Shown one piece after another: positions 23,291 through 37,015 of a stretch of 64,000 nt of DNA. The DNA comes from Narcine bancroftii. Its lineage: Eukaryota. The first letter of the stretch is position 1, and each line of letters opens with the position of its first letter. The notes below the pieces were generated by a model. It worked only from the letters and a program-made list of their open reading frames with translations. It did no database searches and was not told the origin of the DNA. A program made the translations under genes and the position numbers. The stretch is from positions 11,098,001 through 11,162,000 of the forward strand of contig NC_091480.1 of the NCBI RefSeq assembly GCF_036971445.1. Direction: 5' to 3'.

Positions 23291-26200
23291 TCTAATTTTT
23301 TAAAAATAATTATTTATTTGGAGTCAGTTTTGTTTACATTTTGTTCTTTTGTAATACTTAACTTTGCTTGAGCACAACTTATGCTGCCGATAACTGCCTG
23401 GCCTGCTAGAAAAAAAGAATCTCTGGATGATATGTGATATGCCTGCACACGGACAATAAATTTCAACTTGAACTTGAACCCATTACTACTTGTTTAGTAA
23501 ATTGTGATTGCTGTCAGGGAGTTATGCAGAAGAACATGGGTATACTATGCTTGTTAACCTAGCTAACTCCATGCTGTCCAGAATTTGCGTTTGCTGCTGT
23601 TAATGTAACTGGATGGTACAATGGGTTGAGATGATTTTTACAGCCACAATAAACTTGATAGCTTATGTTTTATTTTTACTTATTCCAAAAGGTCTTTGAG
23701 AAAGACTGAAAATTCCTTTTGCATTTTTTTTTGGACAATAGTGGTCCTTAAACCGTGAACTTAAAAGTTTTTGCAATCTTTTGTGAAGGCAAAGCGGCAC
23801 ATTTCTTTTTGATGACTGAGGTATTAAATTTAAGACAAAGGAAGTAGTGGGAATCGAAAATGAGAGGAGTGGGGTTCCCTTCTGTTCTCATAAAGGAAAT
23901 ATGATAAACCTTAGAACTGTGGTTCGCTTTTGAACAAATCTGTAGAGAAAAAACTAAAAAGATTTTGCAGGTCATGTGAAGGGGGAAGGGTTGTTTTGTT
24001 TTGGTAAAGAAAAAAGGTATATGTATATATTTAATATTGGAGAATTTTCCTTTGTATATTTATGGAAAAAAGAAAAAGAAAATATTTAAAAGAAGATTTT
24101 GCAGGGCAGGTACGTCTGTGGATGAAAATGCTGGAAACATTTAGTGATCATTAGAATGAGATCATCGTCATATGCATAAGTCAGATGTACGTGTGCATCA
24201 AAATTCTTACTTGCTGTAGCCAAAGAGGTATGTAGAGTTCTCCAGCATAATAAATTATTTCAGTATGGAAAAAATAAATAGGCCCAGTTGCAGTTAGTGC
24301 AAAGTAAAAAGTATCAATTTGATAATGTAGACAGATCTTTTTGGTGCCTGCAAGTCACATAGTAGTGACAGAAAATGAAAGAGAGTTAACATTTCAGGCT
24401 GAAGACACTTTAACTAATAATTCTGTATGTTTTTTTTTTCCCCACAAATGCAGCGTTTCCTGTACATTCTGCTTTTCAGCCTCAACAGTTTCTTTTTTCA
24501 TTTTCATCTCTGTTTATTACATGGATGGTTTTGAGAGCTTGTTTAAGTGCACGCTGAGTTTTCCATTTCCTATATTGCAACAATGGCAACATTCCTAATT
24601 TACTTCAGTGCCTGCAGAGGATACTGGATGATGACGGTTCCAAATAAATGCAAATCCCTTTTAGTTGTTGAAAATAATCAGGGATCTTTAGGTTTTTTTG
24701 TATCAACCATGGTCTTAAATTGTCTGATAATTAGATTCTGGAAAATAAAAATCCTCCCTATATCTTCAGACATGGTTTGCATGCAAATGTAAGGCATAAA
24801 CAGCCTTGAGAACTGGAGGAGGAAAAAAACATTGTACAGCTCAAGTTGTTTGCCTTTCCCCCCCCCCCCCTCCTTCTTCGGTCTATCTCTGATTCCATCT
24901 CCGGGAATGGAAGACATTCCCAGGCAGACCTACCTGCCATGACGTCCAGCTCCACATTTCACAGCTTCTACACTAGAACGTAGAACAGGACAACAGGAAC
25001 GTGACTTTGATTGACTACGCCTACGCTGGACATGATGCCACGTTATATCCCTACTGCTTCCACATGCACCACACCCCTCTGTGGCCTGTATGATCCATCT
25101 CCTTCCACCACGATTCCTGACAGCCCACTCCGGGGAACTATCCCTCTCTGCAAAACAATGCTTGCCCTGTTCATGTCCTTTAACTTACCTGCCTCCTCCA
25201 CCACTTTATACATGCATCCTCGAGTATTTGACATTTGTACCCTGGAAAATCCCATGTCCATATTTTCGTATTTTAACTACTCCCATCCACTCACTGAAAA
25301 GGTAATCACGTTTACAGTTTATCCCCATGGTCACCCTGGTTTCACTCATCAGAGACCACCCTCCACCCTTCCTTGCCCACTTTGCCACTAAACAAGCTGC
25401 TTTTGTTACCTTCCCAGTTCAGATGTAGGATTTTTAATGTTTTAAATTTAGAGACAGCAATAATAACAGACCCTTCCGACCCATGAGCCTGCGGCACCCA
25501 AATAAACCAGCGTGGCCAATTCACCCCATATGCCTTTGGAACATGGGAGGAAACTGGAGCACTTGAACGAAGCCCTCAAGGACATGGGGAGAATTTACAA
25601 ACTCCTTACGGGCAGCGGTGGATTCAAACCTGGGTTGCCGGTTCTATAATAGCATTGTGCTAACCCCTCTTTGACACAAATAGTTAGCTTCTTTTTCCAG
25701 CATTTTCAGGTTCCGCCGTGCATCCTCCAAGCTTCGGATCTGGCAAATTCTCCTCCAAAAAAAAAAATCGATCCTACTTCACCGCTAACAAAATTTCCAT
25801 CAGCAGTCCTTCTCGTAATTGGCCCACTCTAAATTACCTCTTACTATTGTAGACCAGTTTTGAAATATTGACACTTTTATTGTTTGAAGTCTTCAGATAC
25901 TTATACAGTTCAGTAAGATATCTACGAATCTGTTCTTAAACATAAGAATTTCCACCTTCTCACATACCTAATCTAAGCTATCAATTTAGTTTGTCTTCAC
26001 TGAAAAGTCTCCAAATCCTGGAAGCTCTTGTTATAATACTGCAATCAGGTCCTCCACGCAGAGTGGGACCAGCTCCCTGTTATTTCAAAATCATCTCTTG
26101 AAATTTGTGTTCTATTTCTCTGGCTAGGAATCCTCCAAATCCTATTTATTTGCTTTAATCATATTATCCATTGGACTTCATTTAACCCATTCACCAATGA

Positions 26201-29200
26201 CTATAAAATTACCCATCTGTGTCTTATATTGCAGTCATTCAATTGTCGGCTACTTGCTGTCTTTGAAGGTGTTTTCCTCCAGTTATAATAGTAAAACCCC
26301 TGTTATCCAGAATTCAAGCAAATGGACAAAAAAAATTAAGGAAAATAAATAGGAAAAAAATGTGGAAGTTTAAAACCGGCACGCCTCTCGCACAACAGGC
26401 AATCTCAAGCAACTAGAAAATTCATTTATCTGGCATCTATCAAACCCCACAGGTGCTGGATACCAGGAACTTTACTGTACATGGTTCTTTTATCAATCCC
26501 TGTGGTGATGAAAGGTCATTGTCACACATCATCTGAAAGTTTACGACATTTCTAGTTTCACAGATTCTCTCTGACGTGCAGAGTATTTTCAGTTTTTACT
26601 TAAGATTTGCCACACGCCCACTTGTTTCCGATCATTTACTTTTCTCGTTGATTGAACCATCCATGATTTTGAAGACCTGTATCAAATCTCATTTCAATGG
26701 TCTCCTGTGGGAAATCGCCACCATTTAGTTTAAATGTTATTGTACATTATTCCTTTCTAAAATAATCGTCATGCCTCACATTAAATCCATTTGGTTGCTT
26801 ATCATCTAAGTTCTCCAATCTATGACAGAGTGATAATTGGGCTGATGGGTGCTGAGGTGAACACCAATCAAATGAAAAGTAGGAGGAAGCCCCTCAGGCC
26901 TTCACGCCTTGATGAAGATTCGAGATTCTTTTATTGTGATGTTATAAAATAGAAAATGTAATATGACACAAAACTTAGTTTACCGCAAGGCAGACAAAGA
27001 TTCACCATCAGCAGATATTGCCCGGTGTTCCTTACAATTAGAAAAGAGAAGCAAAAGAGTCACTTAATGTTGTGGATTCACCTCCAGCAGTCCGCAGTCT
27101 TCAGTCCAGACCATCAGCGGCCTGAGCTCTAGATCCAAGCTTCCGACATGATCAAAAAGCCTTCAGCGCCTTCGGCACCCCCTCACATCTCGGTTCCGAT
27201 ATGTGGCACACCTTCAGCCAGTCACCAGCAGCCCACAGCCTGCATGGGTTTGTCGCATTGAGTCATCTACAGCCTAGCACCCGTGCTTTCTTCAGCCTCA
27301 GAGCCCCTCGCTGGTGTGCTACCATGGTCACCGCCCCGTGGGTCTGCTTCTCCTTCTCAGATGGAGGGTGGTCTCCCTGTTTTCTGGTGCCCTGCACCAG
27401 TCCTCTGCTTCCCCGGAGTCTGCAACCCCTTGAGCTGCTGCCAGATATAGGCCTCGCCAGAGTCATTGTCATGAACAGGCCACTAAATTCATTGTTTTGT
27501 GGCAGCATCCCTGTGCAAATATTTAAATAAACCACCTGGCAAAATAAAGAACATGGCCAACTAAGGCAGTGGGTATGGTTCATTGTTCATTCTGGAATCT
27601 GATGGCAGAGGGAATAAAGCTTACCTTGTGTTGCTGAGTGCTCGTCTTCAGGTTCCTGCACCTTTTCCTGATGATAGAAGAGTGAAGAGGGCGTGACCTG
27701 TGCGATGGAGGGATTTTGAAGATAGAGACTGTGTCCTTAAGACACTGCCTCTTGTAGAGGTCCTCAATGAAGTGATGTCTGGTGCCTGTGATGTCGCAGG
27801 CCAGGTTAACAACCCTCTGGGTTTTTTTTTCCCTTTTCCTGAGCCTCTGCGATGCAACCAGACCGAATACTCTCCACGATACACCTGTAAAAGTTTGAGA
27901 GACTTCAGTGACATACCAGATCTTGGTCCCAGACCCCACGGTTGCAGGATTTTAAAATAAACCACCGTGAGCCATTTAAAGTGGAAATTGGACCCCGCAG
28001 GGGAATGCAGTGTCTCTGCTCCCTGCAGGTCCGCACCAGCAGTGGCAGTGCCATTGCAGAAGCTCTGGCAATTCCGCCCTGAAGGGAGTAGCAACTATGA
28101 AAGATAAAGAAGGTTCTGCACTACACTGTTTAACCCATGTTAGAGCTGCCTGTGGCCTTTGTGGACCAGCCAGAGAATTGTCTGTATAGACACCATAAGG
28201 GTAGGAACTCACATCTGTATTTATTCTTTTAACAATATTTTCATTGATATTTTACAATAAAAAGTTGAACAATAAAATGTGCTACAAGATCAGAAAAAAG
28301 TTACATTAATAATTACAAGTTCCAAAGCACACTCAAGGTGATAAAATGGTACATAACAAAAGAGAAACACAAAAAAAAAGAGAAAAAATACATTTCTAAA
28401 CCCCTTCCCCAAGCAAGGCTGATGATTAACGTTCACAAATCCAAGTTGCACAGTCCTAGAGGGGGACCACACAATGCCAAGATTCCAGATTAAAACTACA
28501 TTTTAGGATTATGGTCGTAGTCCAAGAACAAGCCCCATAACATTTGAAATTTACTAACCGCATATCTAATTTTTTCCCCAAATTTAAACAAGACATAATA
28601 TCCCTTCCCCATTGTACGTGTGTAGGTGGAGAATTATCTTTCCACTTAATCAAAATTGCATGTCTGGCCGGTGGACCAGGGATCCAAAAATAAAGTACAA
28701 GATAAAATGCAGCGTTGGATTGAAGTGAGTAACATGTCATCTTCTCAGAATGTTCCAAAAAGAAAAAGGGGTAAGTTCCAATTTTACAACTGTATTTATA
28801 AGAATAAAGGCAGAAGCTCACATAGCATGTTTGGGGCATAAAGTGGAGCTCAACCATTACAAAAAGAGTTTCTTCCAAAATTACTAAATATTGTAAGGCA
28901 GCACACAGCTGCAAACTGCTTTGCACAAAATATGTGTTCACAACAACTGAGATAAGGGAGAAAAGTAGATTAGAAAAAAAAATGTAAAACTCATGCATTT
29001 CTCAGAACAGTAGGCATTCGTCTCAGATGGATGGTTGCCCTGTTGGTATCAGCTTGCAATAAAGTTTGTTCTGAAGGTAAACGTGTGAGTTCTTCCATCA
29101 ACAAACATATTTTTCCATGTATTGAAATCGTAGCTTCAACTCTGCATTGCTTTCTAACCTTAGCAACCTTTCACCTCTTGCTTATTCCATCTACTTCTGA

Positions 29201-30117
29201 TTTTAAAGCATTCGAACATTCTGTCTCTAAGGCACTTTAAGAAGGGAGTTCCAAAGATTCATAATTCTGGGAGAAAAGTTGTAAGCGGGTGACCTCTTTG
29301 TTTTAAAAATCTTGACCCGTAGCTTTACTTTGTTTCCCAGAGGACGCTTCGTCCCCACATCCACCTTGTGAATGCTGCCTATTTCTGCCCGACAGCCTGA
29401 ACCTAATGGAAGAAATCTCTTTCTTTTTCAGAGGGAACCCACTGGCTCAGCCCCAATGTCCCTGGTTCAATTCTGACTCCGGTGCTGACTGTATCGTTTG
29501 TCCATTCACCCCGGTGATTGCACAGCTTTTCTCCCACATCCCTAAAAAGCACGGTCGATAGGCCAATTGGCCATTGGAAATCTGTCCGAGTGTGTTGGAG
29601 AAGGGGAGAATCTGCGAGGAGATAAGGGGAAGATGGAAAAAATAAAATGGGTTGGGATAAGTTTAGTGCAAAAATGGATGATTGATGATTGGGGCAGATG
29701 GTGTGCCAAGGGCTTGCTTCTGTGTTGTACTTCTCTGTGTCCAGAACTAGCCCTTAACTCAGGCAGAAATCCCATTTTCTGCCACTGTGGCCACTTCTTT
29801 TCTCCACGACACTTCTTTATGTTACAATCCCTTCATGTCTCACCATTTGGTGTCTCTACCATCAGATTGCATCCCATTCCTGAATATCTTCCTTTCCTGA
29901 GGGAAGTTTGCCTTTACTCTACTTTGTGCTTAACTGTATCCACAGTTTACTTTAATCTGTTCCAGTCATGCAGTTGAGTAGTTTATTTATATAGTGCATT
30001 TAACATAACGCACATGGATCCAAAGGACTGAATGTACAATGAAGAATAAGTAGATAGTAACCAATCTAAACCAGTGGTTCTCAACCTTTTTCTTTCTACT
30101 TACATTCCACTTTAAAT

Positions 30118-30470
30118 CATCAAAGTTCAGATTTATTGTCAGAGACATCACATACAACCCCGAGATTCTTTTACCTGAGGGCGAGGCAGAATTACCACTT
30201 ATTGGTAGTGCAAAAAAAACTGTACTCAAGAAGATACTAAATAAAGTTTGAAAAAAAAAAGATATGTGCACAGATAAACAAATAAAGAAATGTAAACAAC
30301 CCCACTGTCCAAATCAGAGAGAAAAAAATCAATAAAGTGCACAAGTAAGAGTCTGTAATTGAGTCCCTGATTGAGTTTGTTGTCGAGGAGTCTGAGGGTG
30401 GAGGGGGAGCAGCTGTTCCTGAACCTAGTGGCGCAAGTCCTGTGGCACCGACACCTCTTCCCTGATGGGA
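30118..30470 (-). mobile_element. Rex1/Babar-like LINE 3' fragment
   Basis: Reverse complement of the tail at 31040-31370 (ttcagatttattgtcagag...gttcctgaacc...cctgatgg). Confidence 0.75.
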
Positions 30471-30799
30471 ATCGATTGCCTATGATAATTTATTTTTCCC
30501 TTAGATATTATAATTTAATTTTAAATATGCATCTACTGAAAGAAAATAAAGTTATTAATCATAAAAATAAGAAAGTTTCAGAAACCACAAAGAGAAAAAC
30601 ACTATGTAATGGGAAATCATCTTTGATCAAAGATATTCACACAAAACACATCACCAACCCAAGAGGATATTAAAGTTCATCCATCTTTGGCTATTGGATG
30701 ATAGTGAGGGTTCATTCAAAGTTCATATGTTGATGAAATATCCTCTCTCATGACAAGAGACATCACAGAGAGAGGGTTCAACGTGAACAGGATTTTTAA

Positions 30800-31370
30800 T
30801 GGCCCCACACACGAATGTCATCATGAAAAAAGCATGTCAGTACCTCTACTTCCTCAGGAGTTTGTGGAGGTGGACCAATATCTCAGCGTGGAAACCCCTG
30901 CAAAAGGTAGTGGACACAGCCCAGGACATCACAGGCTAAACCCTTTCCACTATTGAGAAAATCTACATGGGAACGCGGGCATCGGAGAGCAGCAGCAATC
31001 GTCAAGGATCTACCCCAATCAGCACATGCACCATTCTCGCTGCTGCCATCAGGAAAGAGGTGTTGGTGCCTCAAGACTCACACCCACCAGTTCAGGAACA
31101 GCTCCACCATCAGACTCCTCGACAACAAACTCAATCAGAGTCTTATTTAAGGACTCTGCACATTATTTATTCATGAATATTTATTTTCTGTACTGCACAG
31201 TTTGTTTGCACTTCCCTCTTGTTTACAATTCTCTCTTTTGTTTCTTAAGCACAGGTTTTCTTGCACTACCGCTCAGTAGAAATTCTGCCTGGCCCACAGG
31301 AAAAAAGAATCTCAGGGCTGTATGTGATGTCATGTATGTCCTCTCACAATATATCTGAATAAATCTGAAC
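30800..31370 (+). mobile_element. Rex1/Babar-like LINE 3' fragment
   Basis: Encodes RRAAAIVKDLPQSAHAPFSLLPSGKRCWCLKTHTHQFRNS plus the conserved tail. Confidence 0.82.
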
Positions 31371-32359
31371 TTCGTTACTGAAGTATTCTCACTGTCTGAA
31401 ATGTATTACGCTCAATGAAATGTGATTACTGATTTGTACAACACAGAAAGAACCTATTTATCCCACTGCACATGCAGTGGAGTAACAGAGAAAATAATTA
31501 TAAAGAGAAAAGAAAGAAGGAATGAATGGATTACCTTCAAGATACAACTCGCGGGGCATTATTCACAGTTTATATTAATGACGTCATGGAAGAGATCCAG
31601 GTCATCGTGTCCATGTTTGCTGTTGATATAAGGCAGGACAGACATAATAATCATGTAAAGGACGTGCACAGATTAACGGAGATAATCCATTTAGAGGTTA
31701 TACAGCATGGAAACAGTCCCTTCAGCTCAACTTGTCCATGCAAATCATGTTGTTCACTTGAGCAAGTGCCATTTGCCTACATTTGGCTTATATCCCTCTT
31801 ATCCACGTTCTATCTCAGTGTTGTCATTTTAGAGGGATTTGAGTTAAATCACACTTAGAGGAAGAGAAGCTGAGAAACACAGAAGCTGAAGATGCTGGAA
31901 TCTTGAGCAAACAACGAGGAATTGGAGGCGAGGAATCCATGCAGGCTGTGGCCTGGTGGTGACTGCGGCTGAGGAATCACACCGGGCTGTGGCCTGCTGG
32001 TGACTGCGGCCGAGGAATCCTGCTGGATTCTGGCTCAAGACGGGCTGATGGTTTGGACTGGACTCTGTGTGGCTGCAAGGGCTGCAGGAGCACTGGAGGC
32101 AAATCCATGGACATGTGACGACGCCAAGGGGGTCTCTCTTTTGCTTCTCTTTCTCTGACTGTAAGAGGCGCTTCAAGCAATCTCTGCCAATGGTGAATCT
32201 GTCTGCCTTAAAACAGATGAAAACAGGTTTTTGTGTAATATCACGCTGTCTTCATTACATGACCATAAGTTGAATCTTGAACTCTGTTGGTCAGACAGCA
32301 ACTATGGGGTCGATAAAGGGCCATGGCCTGAATTGCCAACTGACAATTTCACATTTTTA

Positions 32360-32570
32360 AAAAATTTAGACATACAGCACGTAACAGGCCCTTTCAGCCC
32401 ACAATCCTGTTCCTACAAGACCCGAAACGTTTTGAAGGGTGGAAGGAAAGAGGAGCTCTTGGAGGAAACCCATGCAACGTACAAACTCCATCCAGACAGC
32501 GCCAGATTAGAATGCCGGTTGCTAGCACTGTAACAGCATTGTGCTAACTGCTATGTTAACCAAGCTTCCC
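32360..32570 (-). mobile_element. HE1/V-SINE-like SINE
   Basis: Same family as 38992-39257, on the minus strand. Confidence 0.65.
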
Positions 32571-33768
32571 CCACGAATCTCCCCTTAGATGCTGCCTAGC
32601 CTCCTGAGCTTCTCAAAGAAACAGAGAATATTAGTTAAACGGCATGAGGCAATCAAAAGCTGATGCTTAGAGAGACCTGTGCGCTTTTGTTTAGGAAACT
32701 GAAAGGTTGCTTTCAGGATGAGGTAAGACCACAAGAAAGAGGAAGCCTGTTCCTCCATTCAATATGGAAGTAACTGATCCAAACCCACACTTTGAATATA
32801 TTCAATGAATTCAGCACTAAGGGATAGAGAATTCCAAAGATTTAGAACCCTCCAAAAGTAGAAATTCCCCCTTCACTTCCATCTGAAAAATGGACAACCC
32901 TTTATTCTGAAACTATCCCCCAAAATTCCAGATTCCCTTTGGAATCTCACCTCTATTGTCGAATGAGTGTCGAGGCCAACCTGCTTGGCCTTCCTGCAGA
33001 CATCAACGCTTCCTGGAACATGAGGCCAAAAGCAATTTATTGGAGGTACTCAGCAGGTTTGAGCAGCACCAGTGGAGAGAAAACAAATGAACTGGCAATG
33101 TTACCGGTCGCAAGGCTTCCAATTCTTTCTTCTCCCACTGTTTCTGCTCAACCTGCGGAATTGCTCCAGCAAGTTGCCTTTTCTGTTGGCTGAAGACTCC
33201 AGATCTGTGGTGTCAATCCTGGAATATGGACTCTGATCAACTTAAATGTCTCCCACTTGTCAGCTGTAGACTTAAACAGTGGCTCCCAATTAACTCCCCA
33301 TCATCAGGTCCCTCTTAATTTAAGAGGGAATGAGATGCATCGGGCGGTTGGAGAAACTTGGGTTGTATTCTCTGGAGCATTTAAGGCTGATAGAAATTTA
33401 CAAAATTAGTCGATGCATGGATAGGTCAGGAGAAAAAATATCACACTCTCGAAGATGATACTAGTATTTAAGTGGCTTCAAGGTAGACACATGTAGGTGC
33501 AGGGAATGGAAGGACATCTATTTGGGGCAGACATCATGGCTCAAAGGGCCTGTTCCTGTTCTGTACTGTTGTTCAATCCCTGGAATCACCAAACAAATTT
33601 TCTCAGCACATAGTTCTTAAAATAAAACTGTACACAGCATTATAGATTCTGTTTCACCAGTGCATCAAAACTCCCATACCTCCCCACTCAGTACTTTTTG
33701 CAATAAAGGTCTATACTCCCACACCCTTCCTCATCACTTGCAGTACCCCCCACGCTATTTTTGTTTTC

Positions 33769-34108
33769 TGTGACAGATTATGTTATATTTTATATTATGT
33801 ATAGATATGTTTTTGGGAGAGTTAGATTGTGGGTTTTTTAGTGTAGGTCACAAACAAACACAAACACTTCAAAACAGATCTCATGTAAAATGCTCAAGCC
33901 AGATAATCCAGGCTCTGAGTGTCTTTGCAAAAACTTTGAAGAGTGCCTATAGAGACTTAACAAGTAGATGTTAATTGGACATGCTGGGGAGTAATGGATC
34001 ATTGATTTGGAAAGCAACAAATGAATGGACTCGGAAGATTGGGTCCAGTGCCACAGTCTGTCTGAATGTAGTTTTCTGTTTTAAGAGGGTCATGTGGTTT
34101 TCTCTGAA

Positions 34109-34156
<48 letters not shown>

Positions 34157-34829
34157 AGAGAGAGAGAGAGAGAATTCAGTTCTACAGTTCAGCAGCAGCA
34201 TCTGGGACTGGAACAGGACAAGCTGGCAAGTTTGTGGAAAAAGCCCATGTGAGTTCTTAGTTCAGCCTGGTCAAAGCTCTTATGGTCCAGACAAGAGGAG
34301 ATGGCTGACTGTAAACGTTTCACCTGAGATAAGAGTAACAGAAAAGGAAACTCTGTGGTGACTTGAAAGAAAGAGGTCATCATCTGGAAAACCCTGATGT
34401 GGCAAGTTTCTTTGGCAAGACACTGAAGTGGCTGATCGGAAGGAATCAGTTTGTGTCCAATGAGCAATAAATCTCTCTCTGAAAACTGACAAGAACCTTC
34501 CTGAGCAGTAACCATTTACCTTTCAAGCACCAAAGCCTGGTGAAATTCATAAATTCTATGCACAGTATAAGAATTGCCTGACACTAGTGAACTTGGAGGA
34601 GTGAGAAGTGAAATTGGACTGTGAATCAAAGAACTTTTCTGAACCTACAAATACATTACATACACGTGCACTTAGAAGGGGGTTATGTTAGGTTAAGCTA
34701 ATAGTAATGTTAGAGTTTGATCCTGTTTTCATGTTTAAAGATAATTAAAAGCAACTTTTGTTTAAGTAACCATTTGTCTTGGTAAATTTCTATTGCTGCT
34801 GGGTTTTGGGGTCCTCTGGACCCATAACA
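33769..34829. mobile_element. Probable solo LTR (~1.06 kb) containing an (AG)n tract
   Basis: Starts TGTGAC and ends ATAACA, is non-coding, and interrupts a CR1 remnant. No clean TSD seen. Confidence 0.6.
34108..34172. repeat. (AG)n microsatellite
   Basis: Interrupted dinucleotide run seen directly. Confidence 0.95.
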
Positions 34830-36204
34830 TGTGTTTCACAAACTGGAACCTCCAGATCTCTTTGTACCACAAACAAATTGTGGACGCGCTTCATTTAATT
34901 GACCATTTTCTTTTACATTTTTCCTTTCAAAGTGTCCAGTTCCCCACATTGTATTTACTCATCTGTTCTTGATTCAGCAGTAGTTCTAACTACAATATAC
35001 TCCATCCCTTCATCAGTAGCTCATTTATTATCACCTGTTCCGAAGATGCAGTGATATGAGGTTGGGTTGCAGTGATAGGTAGGTGGATAGACAGGTTGAT
35101 TGGTTGGTGGGTAGGTAGGTGGATAGACAGATAGATAGGTATCCTTTATCAAGAGCAAAGCTGTAGCTAACAACCCTTTATTTACATTGCCAATCTGAAA
35201 ATGAATCCTTTATCTTAACCCTCGTTTCCTATTAAGTTTACCACTGCCCTATTCATTTTACCCCAACTTCATTTTTTTGTTGTCCGGTGAATTCCCTTCT
35301 TGCAGCATTTTTATCAATTGCCTTCACAAAATCCAAATACACATTTACCGATTACCCTTTATTCACCCTATTTGTTACACCCTCAAAGCACTCTGGAACA
35401 TTTGTAAAGCCAAATTGCTTTTCCATTAAACCAAATTGGTCCTGCTCAATTATCTAATAATTTTCTAAATGTCCCGATTAGGTACTTAATAATGAATGCC
35501 AGTATTTTCCAAAAGACTGGTTAGGCTAAGTAGCTGGTGATTTACTTATTTACTGCCTCTCTCTTGAACAAACTCACCACCTTTGTCACTATTCCAAATG
35601 TTCCCTTTTACTGTAGAAGGAATGCCGATGTGACGAAGTCTTCTGTAGGCAGAAGAGACAGTAGATGCTGGAATCTGCAGCAGAAAACTAACTGCTGGAG
35701 AAACTCAGTGGGTCGAGAAACAGTTGCTGAGTTTCTCCAGCTGTGTGTGTTTTTTTTTGGTCAATTTTCCCCAGGCCCTTGGAGAGACACCACCTGGTTG
35801 GACATTTACTTAACCTACCAAGGTTCTACAGCAGTTTGTTATTTGTCATTTTTTGACAGGGCTGGTAACTGTTCAATATTAAGGAAGGATAAATTTACCT
35901 TGGAGATGAGTCACCAGATTGATCTCTGTGATAAAAGGGCAGCTTTGGGAGGAAAAACAATAGATTGGATGTGCACCGTCCAGAGCAAAAGGATATTATT
36001 GATTCTGAAGATCTTGACAAGGCAAATGCTGTGAAAATTAATCTTTTTATATGGAAATTCAGAATAGGAAGCAATGTTTTAGGATAAAACACGATTCTTA
36101 AGGGTGACTCATTTTAGATTGAATGAAGCAGGAATTCCTTTCCTTGTCAGTCTTTGAGTTCTCGACTGTGGAAGAGGATGACTAACATTGATTTTGAGCC
36201 ACAG

Positions 36205-36305
36205 ATTTGTCGGGATTTCTCGACTACCTCCTGGATTTGACCTTGTTTTGAACATTGCACCTGCATTAAGAGCTTTGGGAGGGGAAGAGATCATTCACTC
36301 CCTCG
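36205..36305 (+). other. Candidate spliced exon (101 nt, possibly 5' UTR) of an unidentified gene
   Basis: Branch-like GACTAAC about 20 nt upstream of cacag|, donor TCG|gtatgt, retained CpGs, unique sequence. The polypyrimidine tract is weak. Confidence 0.35.
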
Positions 36306-36559
36306 GTATGTTCCAATGTTCATGGATAAATTGTGCCTTAATTCCATTTACCTACGTTGCAGGGATGAATGCAACTTAAATGCTATGGTCGTAGCTCAAT
36401 GGTAGCCCCTTCATCTTATCTTCAGTGCGCCACGCCATCCATTCCAGCAATATTTACAAAGTAGTTATTTGTTTGGTTTTAAACCAAGTACCTGTTTAGC
36501 TCGGCAAGTGAGAATTTGTCTGCACATCCACAATGTACACGAAAAAGCTCATCATCATC

Positions 36560-37015
36560 TCGGGGTCTGTGTCCACAGGTGACTCAAAGCTGCTGACAGA
36601 CTGATAGTGTCGCTGAGAAGGCGCATGGTATGTTGGCCTTCACTAACTGTGGGATCGAGTTCAAGAGGCTTGAGGTAATGCTGCAGCTCTACAACACCTT
36701 GCTTTGACGCCACATTTGGAATATTGTGTTGAGTTCTGGTCGGGAGTGAAACCCAAAAGTCTGCAGGTGCTGTGATTTGAGTAAAATCACAGAAACGCTG
36801 GAGGAACTCAGCAGATCTCGCAGCTTCCACGGGAGGTAAAGGTATTTAACCGACATTTCAGGCCTGAGCCCTTCTTCAAGGTTCTGGTCACTTCATTACA
36901 GGGAAGAGATCGAGAGGGTGCAGAAGAGATTTACAAGGATGTTGCCTGGATTGGAGAGCATGCCTAATGAGGACAGGTTGAGTGAACTTGGTATTTTCTC
37001 CTTGGAGTGACAAGA
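36560..37015 (+). mobile_element. CR1 LINE fragment interrupted by a Penelope-derived repeat (~36742-36880)
   Basis: gtaatgctgcagctctacaa...gagagggtgcagaagagatttacaaggatgttgcctgga (ERVQKRFTRMLPGL). The segment gttctggtc is duplicated around the insert. Confidence 0.75.

Larger units (their letters stand above)
15479..30112. repeat. Copy 2 of the near-identical ~14.6-kb duplication
   Basis: Colinear with 1-14623 and continues into unique sequence after 30112. Confidence 0.98.
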
